Shown: positions 7,759 to 20,295 of the stretch, in pieces
Position numbering within the stretch: the stretch's first letter is position 1
Layout: each line of letters opens with the position of its first letter
Assembly (NCBI RefSeq): GCF_000195955.2
Contig: NC_000962.3
Coordinates: 1,350,001-1,382,000 of the forward strand
Direction of reading: 5' to 3'
Length of the DNA stretch: 32,000 nt
Origin: Mycobacterium tuberculosis H37Rv
Lineage (GTDB): Bacteria > Actinomycetota > Actinomycetes > Mycobacteriales > Mycobacteriaceae
Program-made: the position numbers and the translations under genes
Notes under the pieces: model-generated
Database searches by the model: none
What the model saw: the letters and a program-made list of their open reading frames with translations, nothing else
What the model was told of the DNA's origin: nothing

Positions 7759-9444
7759 CTACCCAGGGACCTCCGGTATCAGCAGGTGCGCGTCGTAGCG
7801 TGGGCCCCAGTGCAGCGTGACACGACCACGCGGCGGGCGTGGGTAGGCGGCCGGGAATTGGCCGGTGAGCGGGTTGCGGGGGGACAACCAGCGTCCGCCA
7901 ACCACCAGTCGTAACTGTTCGCCGGCGCGGAACAATGTCGCCGACGGGCCAAGCGCGACATCGACGGCGACGACCTCGCCGGCGGTGACCGGCCGGGGCC
8001 GAGCACACGCCGGGACCGGCTCCCATGGCTGCGAGAGCTCGGGGTCGAGCTCGCGCAGCGAGACCCGCTGCCAGCCGGTGGTCACCCGGTCACGGCCCCA
8101 GCCGTAGGACCCCTCAAACGCAACGAACTGGCCATCGCGCCACTTCTCCACTCCGACGAACAGGTTCGCGTCGTCGCAGCCATCCAATTGAACCCACAGG
8201 CGGGCGGCCATCGGGCCGGTCAACTCGATGTCTTCGGGGATCGTCCAATTGAATGCTGCTGCCCGAGAGCGAGTTTGGAACCTGATGCTGCCCGCCGTCG
8301 GCGGCGGCTCGGTTGCCAGCAGCCCCGGCCCGGCGAGATACATTGGCCGCCAACGCGTGCCGGCAAGCGGCCACTGGGTCTCTTCACGCACCGCGGTGAT
8401 GGTGTCGCGATCCTCACGCACCTCGAGGCGAACGCTGCGCGAACCGGAGGAGCCGGCCAGCGCGTCTCGCAAGAACTTCAGCTGCTCGGACAGCGCGGTC
8501 GCTGAGTAGAAGGTCTCCCATTTGCCCCCGCGATGGGTATACAGCCGGGCGTGACCGCAGCCGCTGCGGGTAAAAGCGCGGATCGACCCGCGGCTGTGCA
8601 AGTTGTTGTCCGAGAAGCTACCGCAGACCAGCATCGGAACCTTGATCGCCGACAGGTCGGGTACTCGCGAGCGCCAGAAATCGTCGCGCAGCGGGTGAGC
8701 CTCTTGCATCTGCTCCATGTCGTAGGTCTGACGTGTGCGACGTCGCACCCCGCGCGACCACAGCCGGGTGAACCCTGACTCCCGGATGCCGCCGGGAAAG
8801 GCCAAGTCGCGGTAGGCGTCGGTGAAACCCTCCCACGGGCAGATCGCCCGCAGCGCCGGCGGTTGCAGCGCGGCCACGGCGTACTGGCTAATGGCCAGAT
8901 AAGACACCCCCAGCATGACGACGCGCCCATCACTCCATGCCTGGTCGGCGAGCCATCCCACCAGGTCGTAGGTGTCCTCGGCTTCCTGGTGTGACAGCAG
9001 GTCTCCGGTACCGTCGGAGCGGCCGCAGCCGCGCGAATCCGCATTGACCACGACGAAGCCCTGCGCGGTCCACCACGCCGGGTCCGGCGCCTCCCAGCCG
9101 GTCAGCGCCGAGAAGGTCAGCGGCTTCGGCTGGCGCAGCATCCGGTATTGTGGTGAGAACGTCCACCGGTTGCCCCGCCGCCGCGGCAGGGCGTCCTTGC
9201 CGTAGGGATGGATGCTCGCGATCACCGGCCTAGCCCCACCTTCGGCGCTACGAAAGACGTTGATCCGCAGCAGCGTTCCGTCGCGGGTAGGCACCTCGAC
9301 GTCGCGTTCTATGACGACGTCGGCCGGCGGATCGGTGACGGTGATCGGCGGCTTGGCGACGCCGCGAACCCGCTCCAGCGCATACCGGAGAGCACCGGGA
9401 CGTCGCCACGGCCGGTCCAAGGCAGGTGACGGGTTTCTGGCCAC
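7759..9444 (-). CDS. CocE/NonD-family alpha/beta hydrolase (peptidase S15-like), Rv1215c
   Basis: 561 aa from GTG 9444. Contains the nucleophile elbow GVSYLAISQ and a C-terminal beta-sandwich region typical of X-Pro dipeptidyl-peptidase/CocE proteins. Confidence 0.85.
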   Translation of the reverse strand: MARNPSPALDRPWRRPGALRYALERVRGVAKPPITVTDPPADVVIERDVEVPTRDGTLLRINVFRSAEGGARPVIASIHPYGKDALPRRRGNRWTFSPQYRMLRQPKPLTFSALTGWEAPDPAWWTAQGFVVVNADSRGCGRSDGTGDLLSHQEAEDTYDLVGWLADQAWSDGRVVMLGVSYLAISQYAVAALQPPALRAICPWEGFTDAYRDLAFPGGIRESGFTRLWSRGVRRRTRQTYDMEQMQEAHPLRDDFWRSRVPDLSAIKVPMLVCGSFSDNNLHSRGSIRAFTRSGCGHARLYTHRGGKWETFYSATALSEQLKFLRDALAGSSGSRSVRLEVREDRDTITAVREETQWPLAGTRWRPMYLAGPGLLATEPPPTAGSIRFQTRSRAAAFNWTIPEDIELTGPMAARLWVQLDGCDDANLFVGVEKWRDGQFVAFEGSYGWGRDRVTTGWQRVSLRELDPELSQPWEPVPACARPRPVTAGEVVAVDVALGPSATLFRAGEQLRLVVGGRWLSPRNPLTGQFPAAYPRPPRGRVTLHWGPRYDAHLLIPEVPG

Positions 9445-9471
9445 GCCCGTTACCCTAAAGCTATTCGACCG

Positions 9472-10146
9472 CTACCACACGTAGGGCACCAACCGGTAGC
9501 GCACCAGTTGCCGGTATTCGCGGTACCCGCTGAGTTCTTGCGTCAGTAGTTTTTCCTCGTCGAGGATGCGGAACACCAACACCAGTGTGCCGGGGACGAG
9601 GATGAACATCGCCCAGTAAGAGCCCAGTGCCAGCGGTATGCCTGTCATCATGACCACGTTCCCGGCGTACATCGGGTGTCGGACAATTTTGTAGAGACCG
9701 TCGGAGGCCAATATCTGGCCCGCCTCCACCCTGACCGTCGAGGCGGCATACCTGTTCTGGATGACCACCAGCATGGCGATGCCAAGGCCCGTCATCACTA
9801 GGACGTCGCCGATCACGCACACCGCGGCTGGCACTGACGACCAACCATAACGATGGTCGCACGCGCTCAGCACCATCATCGCGAAGAACCCCAGAAAAGC
9901 GCCGATGACGATGAACTTCTGAATCGTTCGGCCCTCCGCGAGCGGACCGCTGCGCATGCGACGTTGAAGGGCCGCGGGATCGTTGCGAGCCAGATAGATT
10001 GTGGGGCCAATCGTGGTGCTCACAAATGCGGCGAGGAACACCCACGCCTGCCAATAGTCGAACGTGCCGGCTGGCCCGAATAGGAGCGCGCCGAAAACGA
10101 CGAGTCCTAACACGCCCCATATGAATATCTTCAGCCCAATGTGCAT
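9472..10146 (-). CDS. Integral membrane methyltransferase of the ICMT/PEMT-like family, Rv1216c
   Basis: 224 aa with multiple TM helices and the family motif LYKIVRHPMYAGNVVMMTGIPLALGSYWA. A strong SD (GGAGGA) overlaps the stop codon of the upstream permease gene. Confidence 0.8.
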   Translation of the reverse strand: MHIGLKIFIWGVLGLVVFGALLFGPAGTFDYWQAWVFLAAFVSTTIGPTIYLARNDPAALQRRMRSGPLAEGRTIQKFIVIGAFLGFFAMMVLSACDHRYGWSSVPAAVCVIGDVLVMTGLGIAMLVVIQNRYAASTVRVEAGQILASDGLYKIVRHPMYAGNVVMMTGIPLALGSYWAMFILVPGTLVLVFRILDEEKLLTQELSGYREYRQLVRYRLVPYVW

Positions 10147-10154
10147 GGCTCCTC

Positions 10155-11801
10155 CTAGCAGCGAACGTCACGCCGTCGGAAGGCCATGGCGCCCAGGGTG
10201 ATCAGGGCTGCATCTATGGCCAGCAGCCACAGCAACGGCACCGCGGTGAAATCGCCGCCGCCGACCCGCGGGATGTGGGCGAACGGCTCCAGGTTGAGCA
10301 GCATCTGCGGGAACCCCGCCAACGAGCCGAGCAGGTACAGCGCGATGAACCCGACCAGCACGCCCCACGCCACCGGCGTGAACCGCGGCGCCAACCCGAA
10401 CAATCCCACGGTCACCGCCGATAACAACCACACGGCCGGCAGTTGCACGGCCGCGGTGCCGACCACGGTGGGCAGCTTGCCGCCGACGTCACCGACGGTC
10501 ATGCCGTAGGCGAGTCCGGCCGCCACGCCGGAGATCAGGGTCGCCACCGCCGATCCGGCCAGCGCCATCGCCAGATGGCTTGCCAGCCAATGGGTCCGGG
10601 AAACCGCCCCGGCGAGCAGGGTCTCGGCCCGCAGCCCGGTTTCCTCTTGGTGCAGTCGTAGGGTCAGCGAGACGGCGAATGCGGCGGCGACCATGCCGAT
10701 CATGGTGAAGGCCAGCGCAAGGAAGGCCTGTTCCAGTGCGCCGGTGCCGCCCATCCGGGTGACGATGTCACGCACCGCGGTGTTATCGCCCAGCTGATCC
10801 CCGATGCCGTGCACCACACTGCCCATCACCAGCCCGTACAGGCACAGGCCGACGGTCCACAACAGCAGGGAGCCGCGATTGAGCCGCCATGCCAGCCCGA
10901 AGGGCTCGCTCAGCATGGGCCCGGCGGTGCCGGCGCCGGGGCGTTCGGCGATCAGTCCGGCACCGACATCACGGCCGGCGCGTAATCGATAGGCCAGCAC
11001 GGTAAGCACGGCCGCGGTCGCCAGCGACAGCAGCAGCACCCACCAACGCTCTCCCGCGTAGGGTCTGACCTGCAGCGACCACCCCAGCGGCGAGCACCAG
11101 GACAGCGTGCCCGAGCCGGCATCACCGATGGCACGCAGCGCGAACGCGGTGCCCAGGACGGCGAACGCGACCGCGCGGGTGAATCGGGCGCTCGGCGACA
11201 GCTGCGCGGCCACCGCGGCCACCGCCGTGAAGACCATCCCGGAGGCCGCCAGCGCCACGCCAAACGCTACCGACCCGGCCGGAGCCACATCGGTGGCAAG
11301 CAGACCCAATGCACCGATCGCGCCGGTCGCGATCGACGCACCGAACGACAGCAGCAGCGCGCCGGTGAGGTTGGCGTAGCGCCCGACCACGGTCGAATCG
11401 ATCAATTCGGCACGGCCGCTTTCCTCGTCCGCGCGGGTGTGCCGAATCACCGTGAGGATGACCGCCACCGCGATGAGGGTGTGAAACATCCCGGCTTTCC
11501 AGATTCCGACCGCACCCAGGCTGTCGTTGTAGACCGGCCCGTAGAGCGCGCGCTGTGCCGGGCTGGCCATAATGGCGGCCGCCGCGGCGGCGCGGGCGGA
11601 CCGGTCGGGGTAAACCGTTTCGACGCTGGCGATGTACACGGTGGCCAGCGGCACCGACAGCAGCAGCACCCACAGCGGCAACGACACCCGGTCGCGGCGC
11701 AGGTACAGGCGCAGCAACCCCAGTGTGCCGGTGAAGCCCGAACCGCGGTGTGGTGCACGGTGTCCTGCGGGTCTCGCGCGATCGATGACCGTACTGCTCA
11801 C
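10155..11801 (-). CDS. ABC exporter permease (multi-TM, ABC-2-like), Rv1217c
   Basis: 548 aa and highly hydrophobic with about 12 predicted TM segments. The GTG start overlaps the stop of the ATPase gene (GTGA, 11798-11801). Confidence 0.85.
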
Positions 11802-12733
11802 GGCGTTGCCACCTGTTGCTCGGCTGCGACCTCGGGGCCCAGGCTGTAGTGGCGCAGGAACAGCTCCTCCAGGGTGGGCGGCTGACTGACCAGGCTGCGC
11901 ACACCGGCGTGGCCGAGCACTTGGATGAGTTCTCTCAGGCTTTCGCTGTCGACCTGGGCGCGCACTGTGGTGCCCTCGATGCTGATGTCCTCGACTCCCT
12001 TGATTTGGCTGAGGTCTCCTGGATCACCGATCATTTCGGCCTTGATCGAGGTGCGGCTGAGGTGCCGCAAGGCGTCTAGTGAACCGCTTTCGACGGTCTT
12101 GCCGGCTCGGATGATGGTCACCTTTTCGCACAGCGCTTCGGTCTCGGCCAGAATATGGCTGGACAACAGCACCGTCACACCGCGTTGGCGTGCTTCGCCG
12201 ATGCACTGCTGAAACACGTTTTCCATCAACGGGTCCAGGCCGCTGCTCGGCTCATCCAAGAGCAGCAGAGTGGCGTGCGACGACAATGCCGAGATCAGGG
12301 AGACCTTTTGGCGGTTGCCCTTGGAGTAGGTGCGCGCCTTCTTGGTTGGGTCCAGGCCGAAGCGCTCGATCAGTTCCGCGCGACGAGCGTTGTCGATGCC
12401 GCCTCGCATGCGGGCCAGCAGGTCGATGGTCTCACCACCGGTCAGCGACGGCCACAATGTGACATCGCCTGGAACATAGGCGATGTGGCGGTGCAGGTCG
12501 ACGGCGTCGGTCCAGGGGTCACCGCCCAGCAACCGCACGCTTCCGCCGTCGGCCTTCACCAGGCCTAGCAGGATGCGCAGGGTCGTGGACTTGCCCGCGC
12601 CGTTGGGGCCGAGGAAGCCGTGCACTTCGCCCTCGCGCACCGTGAGGTCGAGCCCGTCGAGCGCCCGCACCGACCCGAAGTGCTTGGTCAGTCCGCGAAT
12701 CTCGATGGGCACCTGGTGGTTGTCAGCCGACAT
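11798..12733 (-). CDS. ABC exporter ATP-binding protein, Rv1218c
   Basis: 311 aa from ATG 12733, with SD GGAGAA upstream. Has Walker A (GPNGAGKST), a signature-like YSKGNRQK and Walker B (LLLLDEP). The start overlaps the raaS 3' end by 11 nt. Confidence 0.9.
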
Positions 12734-13361
12734 GTGCTTCTCCTTGTTGAGCTTCGGCCAGGAAGGCCTCGTACATGGCGCGGTCGGCCAGCAGGCCTTC
12801 GGTGTAGACCTCCAGGGAAGGCAGCACCATGTCGTGCGCGTAGTCGCGTAACGCTGCACGGAGATCGGTTGGGTTTTCGTGCATTTGCAGATAAAGCAGG
12901 AAGCCTCCGCCTCCGGTGATCGCCAGAAACCGAGCACGGGCGCGCGGGTCGCGGCTGGGCTTGACCGTACCGGCGCGTACTCCTTCGTCCAGGTACTCCT
13001 CGGCGTTGTCGATCATCTTCTGCCACAGCATCTTCGCCAGCTCGCCGCCGGATTGCATGCTGCGCACCAGGTATGCCATCAGCGGTGCGTAGGATTCGAT
13101 CTCGGCCATCTGCGCGAGCCAGGTGGTCGGGTCGTTGGACTTCAGTGCCGCAGCCTTGCTGCTGCGGATCTCTTCGGCGACGAAGTCGTCGCAGGCCTTG
13201 CGCAGACCTTCCTTGGAACCGAAATGGTGGATGACCAATGCCGCGCTCACCCCCGCCGCTTCGGCGATGGCTCGCAGCCCGACACCGAATCCGTGCCGAC
13301 CGAACTGTTCGATGGCCGCCTCTCTGATCCTGGCGTGCGCGGTCAGATCGGCTGAACGCAT
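12723..13361 (-). CDS. raaS: TetR-family transcriptional repressor of the downstream ABC exporter
   Basis: 212 aa from ATG 13361 with the Tet[46 protein letters not shown]. The track ORF begins 12 codons upstream at TTG 13397. Confidence 0.88.
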
Positions 13362-13384
13362 GTTCAGGATATTAAACGTACGTT
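13352..13384. promoter_or_regulatory. Two palindromes and a TANNNT hexamer at the raaS start, candidate TetR operators and leaderless promoter
   Basis: CTGAAC-GCAT-GTTCAG (13352-13367) is centred on the start codon. AACGTACGTT (13375-13384) is a perfect 10-bp palindrome. The minus-strand hexamer TAATAT (13369-13374) lies 7 nt upstream of the ATG. Confidence 0.4.
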
Positions 13385-13440
13385 CATCCCCGGTCAAGGG
13401 AGGGCGCCGTTGGGAATCCGTGAAGGCCGCGAACTTTGCC

Positions 13441-13496
13441 GAGCAGACGCAAAATCGCCCTGGAACGCACGGTTCAGGGCGATTTTGCGTCTGCTC
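13441..13496. terminator. 56-nt near-perfect palindrome (terminator-like hairpin family, copy 2, best copy)
   Basis: GAGCAGACGCAAAATCGCCCTGGAAC...GTTCAGGGCGATTTTGCGTCTGCTC has 22 consecutive Watson-Crick pairs from the outer ends. It starts 7 nt downstream (minus sense) of the Rv1220c stop and has an A-tract/T-tract on both sides of a GC-rich inner stem. Confidence 0.65.
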
Positions 13497-13502
13497 GCCG
13501 AA

Positions 13503-14150
13503 TTAGTCCCGCACGGCTGCCAGCACGCCGTCGCCCAGCGGCACCAGTGCCGGAGTGAGCCGTTCATCCTCGGCGATAAGCCGGGCCGCCTCGCGAACCG
13601 CGATCACCTCGGCGTCGCGCGCCCCGGGATCACCGGCCCGACCGCCCAGCGCCGCCCGGTGCACGACGATGACCCCGCCGGATCGCAGCAGCCGCACCCC
13701 CTCGGCGACGTAATCTGGCTGGTCGATCGGGTCGGCGTCGATGAATACCAGGTCGTAGGATGCGTCGGCGAGCCGGGTCAGCACCTCTTGGGCGCGGCCG
13801 CTGATCAGCCTGGTACGCGACGGCCCGATGCCCGCCTCGGCAAAGGCCTGCCTGGCAAGGCGTAGATGCTCGGGCTCGATATCGATGGTGGTCAAGACGC
13901 CGTCGTCGCGCATGCCCGACAACAGCCACAGGCCGCTGACGCCGGCCCCGGTACCCACTTCGGCCACCGCCTTGCCTCCGCTGAGCTTGGCCAGCAAGCA
14001 CAGCAACGCACCCACCGCCGGTGTTACCGCCCCGGCCCCGATGTCGGTTGCGCGCTCGCGGGCGCCGGCCAGGATCACGTCTTCAGATATTGACCCCTCG
14101 GCGTGCGCCCAGAGTGATTCGCCTCGGCTGGGGGCCGGCTGGCCAGGCAT
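13503..14150 (-). CDS. Class I SAM-dependent O-methyltransferase (COMT-like), Rv1220c
   Basis: SAM-binding motif [16 protein letters not shown] and DLVFIDAD. I recall the annotated product as 215 aa from ATG 14150. In-frame ATG 14177 and the track start 14246 are alternatives. Confidence 0.85.
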   Translation of the reverse strand: MPGQPAPSRGESLWAHAEGSISEDVILAGARERATDIGAGAVTPAVGALLCLLAKLSGGKAVAEVGTGAGVSGLWLLSGMRDDGVLTTIDIEPEHLRLARQAFAEAGIGPSRTRLISGRAQEVLTRLADASYDLVFIDADPIDQPDYVAEGVRLLRSGGVIVVHRAALGGRAGDPGARDAEVIAVREAARLIAEDERLTPALVPLGDGVLAAVRD

Positions 14151-14355
14151 GTCGTCGTGTCCGGGGGTGCCGTCCATGCCCGCAGCGTATGTCCAATTGG
14201 CGACGCCGTCGGGCAGGCGCGCCTGGTTCGAACGCCGGCCGAGCACCGAGCTGGACGCTTGCGGCTGTACCCGACACGCCCGGCGTGCCGGACGCGACGA
14301 AGGTCACTTTGACTCGATATTCCCTGGACAGCGCAGGTAACGGTATGGTTTCTAA

Positions 14356-15186
<831 letters not shown>

Positions 15187-15343
15187 ACTACTCAACGGCC
15201 GCCGAGCGCGTCGGTTCGGCTACCGCATGGTTGCCAATCGGTCCCGAATCCTGGGGTTTTACCGGCTGGCGATGGTTTTCCGGCACCGCGCCGCGCTACA
15301 TTCGAGATACCGGTGGCTCGCTAGGTGGCGGAAGGAGGTGGTG

Positions 15344-15808
15344 ATGGCCGACCCCGGAAGCGTGGGACATGTGTTCCGGCGCGCGTTTTCCTGGCTCCCG
15401 GCGCAGTTCGCCTCCCAGAGTGACGCGCCGGTCGGCGCGCCGCGGCAGTTCCGTTCCACCGAGCACCTGTCAATCGAGGCCATCGCGGCTTTCGTCGACG
15501 GCGAGCTGCGGATGAACGCGCACTTGCGGGCCGCGCATCACCTTTCGCTGTGTGCCCAATGCGCGGCCGAAGTGGACGACCAAAGTCGTGCCCGCGCCGC
15601 TCTGCGCGATTCCCACCCGATCCGCATCCCCAGCACGTTGCTCGGATTACTGTCCGAGATCCCGCGTTGTCCACCTGAAGGTCCATCTAAAGGTTCGTCT
15701 GGAGGTTCATCCCAGGGCCCGCCCGACGGGGCTGCGGCAGGCTTCGGCGACCGCTTCGCTGACGGCGATGGCGGGAATCGGGGCCGGCAATCGCGGGTGC
15801 GTCGCTAG
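15344..15808 (+). CDS. rseA: Anti-sigma-E factor (zinc-associated anti-sigma, ZAS)
   Basis: 154 aa from ATG 15344, preceded by a strong SD (GAAGGAGG, 15331-15338). The H-x3-C-x2-C motif (HLSLCAQC) is encoded at 15539-15562. Confidence 0.9.
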   Translation: MADPGSVGHVFRRAFSWLPAQFASQSDAPVGAPRQFRSTEHLSIEAIAAFVDGELRMNAHLRAAHHLSLCAQCAAEVDDQSRARAALRDSHPIRIPSTLLGLLSEIPRCPPEGPSKGSSGGSSQGPPDGAAAGFGDRFADGDGGNRGRQSRVRR

Positions 15809-17461
<1,653 letters not shown>

Positions 17462-17462
17462 A

Positions 17463-17858
17463 GTGTTCGCCAACATCGGTTGGTGGGAAATGCTCGTCCT
17501 CGTCATGGTCGGGCTGGTGGTGCTTGGCCCGGAGCGGCTCCCGGGTGCCATCCGCTGGGCGGCAAGCGCTCTGCGGCAGGCGCGCGACTATCTCAGCGGT
17601 GTGACCAGCCAGCTACGTGAGGACATTGGACCCGAATTCGATGATCTGCGGGGACATCTCGGTGAGCTGCAGAAGCTACGGGGAATGACTCCGCGGGCTG
17701 CGTTGACCAAGCACCTACTGGATGGCGATGATTCCCTGTTCACCGGAGACTTCGACCGACCGACGCCGAAGAAACCGGATGCGGCGGGCTCGGCGGGGCC
17801 GGACGCTACTGAGCAGATCGGTGCGGGGCCCATCCCGTTTGACAGCGATGCCACCTAG
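17463..17858 (+). CDS. tatB: Twin-arginine translocase component TatB
   Basis: GTG start 1 nt after the htrA stop. The N-terminus [27 protein letters not shown] is the TatA/B/E family signature. Confidence 0.9.
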
Positions 17859-17890
17859 ATCGGTGACGGCCGGCGGTCGGGCCCGGCGAG

Positions 17891-18721
17891 CTAACACCCG
17901 AGCAACGGCGGCAGGCCGGCCACCGAGTCGATCACGTGGTGCGGCCGGGTCGCGCTGGCGCCGGCCAGCCAGCGATCCAGCGTTTGCTGGCGGAACTTGC
18001 CGGTGCGCACCAGCACACCCGTCATGCCCACCGCCTGGGCGGCCAGCACGTCGTTGTGCAGATCGTCGCCGATCATGACCATCTGCTGTGGATCGACACC
18101 GACGCGGTCGGCGGCCGCCAGGAATCCCTCGGCCGCAGGCTTGCCGATGGCGGTGGCGGTCTTGCCGCAGGCCTGTTCCATTCCGGTCAGGTACATCCCG
18201 GTGTCGATGCGCAGCCCGTCGGTGGTGTTCCAGGTCATATTGCGGTGCATCGCCACCACCGGAACGCCGTCGAGCATCCACCCATAGACCCGGCTGAGCG
18301 TGCGGTGATCGAACTGGGGGCCGGCACTGCCGAGCACGACGACGTCGGGGGCTTCGGGGCAATCCTCGGGACCGATCTCGGTCGACAAGACGACGTCGAT
18401 GCCGGGCAAGTCCTCGGTGATGTCGCCGTTGTTCACCAGGAAGCACCGCGCGCCGGGATAGGCGCCGTGCAGGTACTCGGCCGTCAGCACCCCGGCCGTG
18501 ATCACGTCGTCGGCGGCGACGGGGATCCCCGCGGCACCCAGCGCCTCGGCGATCTGCCGGCGGGTGCGCGTCGTGGTGTTGGTCAGATACGCGCAGGCGA
18601 TTCCCCGATGGGTCAGTTGCCGCACGGTCTCGGCGGCCCCGGGAATCGCGCGCCACGACAGCACCAGCACGCCGTCGATGTCGAACAGCACCGCCGCGGC
18701 CATCAGATGCGCCACGTCCAC
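17891..18721 (-). CDS. HAD-superfamily hydrolase (NagD/PGP-like), Rv1225c
   Basis: 276 aa with HAD motif I (FDIDGVL) and motif IV (GDDLHNDV). Confidence 0.85.
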   Translation of the reverse strand: MDVAHLMAAAVLFDIDGVLVLSWRAIPGAAETVRQLTHRGIACAYLTNTTTRTRRQIAEALGAAGIPVAADDVITAGVLTAEYLHGAYPGARCFLVNNGDITEDLPGIDVVLSTEIGPEDCPEAPDVVVLGSAGPQFDHRTLSRVYGWMLDGVPVVAMHRNMTWNTTDGLRIDTGMYLTGMEQACGKTATAIGKPAAEGFLAAADRVGVDPQQMVMIGDDLHNDVLAAQAVGMTGVLVRTGKFRQQTLDRWLAGASATRPHHVIDSVAGLPPLLGC

Positions 18722-18831
18722 ACGATATCCGTCAGTTAGACCGTCGACATCGACACCAGCGCGGAAAAACCCCAGTGAGCATCGCGCTGACGTCGATCTC
18801 GACGGTGAGGTTCATCCTGGCTCAGGATCCC

Positions 18832-20295
18832 TCAAGATCCGTGGCGCAACCACACACTGTCGGCCACCCAGGGCGACGCGGCGCCGGCCACCGACCACGC
18901 CAGCTCCGCGGGCACATCGAGCACCTGATAACCCTTGCGGCCCGCCACGGTGGCCGCCACGAGCGTCGCCACCCCCGCCCTCCGCTGGAACAGTGTCTGG
19001 CGCACCGTCCAGCCGATGATGCCGGTGCAGGCGATGCAATCGCGGCGACGCTGTAGGCTGCCGGCGCGCGCAACCAACCAGCCGTCGGCGACGCGGTGCC
19101 CGAGTGATCGGACCCGATCGACGGCCAGCCCAGCGCAACCCGCGGTCAACACCGCCCACAGTGTCCACGCCCACCCCGGCACGCCGAGAATCGGCGCCGC
19201 TGCGATCAGCGCAACTCCGGCCAGCGTCGGGACCAACAGCGCCCGGGTCCACCTGCGCCGGGCGGCGGCCGGGCCGTGCCGGCGCAGCGGCCCCGCTGCC
19301 GCGTCGGTGTTGTCGATCAGGTCGGTCAGCACGGCCGTCGCGGTCTCGAACGGACATGGTGGCAGCAGCATCGACGACTGGCCCTCGCCATGCACGCCGG
19401 TCATCACTGCGTCCAGCCGAGCACCGCGCAATAACCGCACCAGCAGTGGTTCACGCAAGGTGGCGCCACGCAGCCGGCGCATGTCGTAGGTGTGCTCGCG
19501 CACCCGCAGCAGCCCGTGCCGCAGGTGTAGCACCCCTTCTTGACCGCTGCCGCCGCGGCGCAGCAGCAGATTGCCGTAGGTCAACCAGGAGAACAGCACC
19601 GCCAACAGTGCCGATACACCCACCACCAGCAGCACAGTGACCGCCACCACCAGTACCACCCCGGCGCGTTGCGCGGCGTCCACCGCGGACCTGGCGAAAC
19701 CGGATTCCGGGAGTCGCACGGCCAGTCCCGTTTGGTAGCCAAGCCCGATCACCGCCCCGATCATCACCAGGCCCGAAAAGCTCAGCGGCGCATACCGCAA
19801 CCACGACGACTGCCACCGGGCCAGCACCCGACCGGTCGGCTCGACGGGTGCCAGCGACTCGGCCAGCAGCAGCGCGCGCAGCCTGGGCACCCGTGCCGAG
19901 TCGACCGCGTCCAGTTCGAAGGCGGCCTCACCGCGGGCCTCCTGGCCGGTGCCCACCCGCAGCACCGTCAACCCCAACAGCCGGTGCAACAGCCGCGCCT
20001 CGGTCTGCACCGAGCGAATCCGGTTGCGCGGCACGGAGACCGCGCGCCGGCTGAGTATGCCGGTACGCAGCGACACGTTTTCGTCGTCGATGCGGTAGGT
20101 GGTGAAAAACCAACGCAGCACGCCGAATACGACCGTCACGCCGAGCGCCGCCAGCGGCCAGACCGGGTTGCCGGTTGCCGACCCCAGCACCACGGACCCG
20201 ATGAGTACCGGGAGCTGGCGCAGCATCTCGTGCACCGGATGCACCAGCAGCATCCGCGGGCTGAGGCGGTGCCAATCGTGTGGCCGGTCGGTCAT
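18832..20295 (-). CDS. YdbT-like membrane protein with repeated bacterial PH (bPH2/DUF304) domains, Rv1226c
   Basis: 487 aa from ATG 20295 (MTDRPHDWHRLSPRML...). TM hairpins alternate with repeated ~80-aa soluble modules. The start overlaps the Rv1227c stop (ATGA, 20292-20295). The 832-aa track ORF is an artefactual extension. Confidence 0.8.
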   Translation of the reverse strand: MTDRPHDWHRLSPRMLLVHPVHEMLRQLPVLIGSVVLGSATGNPVWPLAALGVTVVFGVLRWFFTTYRIDDENVSLRTGILSRRAVSVPRNRIRSVQTEARLLHRLLGLTVLRVGTGQEARGEAAFELDAVDSARVPRLRALLLAESLAPVEPTGRVLARWQSSWLRYAPLSFSGLVMIGAVIGLGYQTGLAVRLPESGFARSAVDAAQRAGVVLVVAVTVLLVVGVSALLAVLFSWLTYGNLLLRRGGSGQEGVLHLRHGLLRVREHTYDMRRLRGATLREPLLVRLLRGARLDAVMTGVHGEGQSSMLLPPCPFETATAVLTDLIDNTDAAAGPLRRHGPAAARRRWTRALLVPTLAGVALIAAAPILGVPGWAWTLWAVLTAGCAGLAVDRVRSLGHRVADGWLVARAGSLQRRRDCIACTGIIGWTVRQTLFQRRAGVATLVAATVAGRKGYQVLDVPAELAWSVAGAASPWVADSVWLRHGS

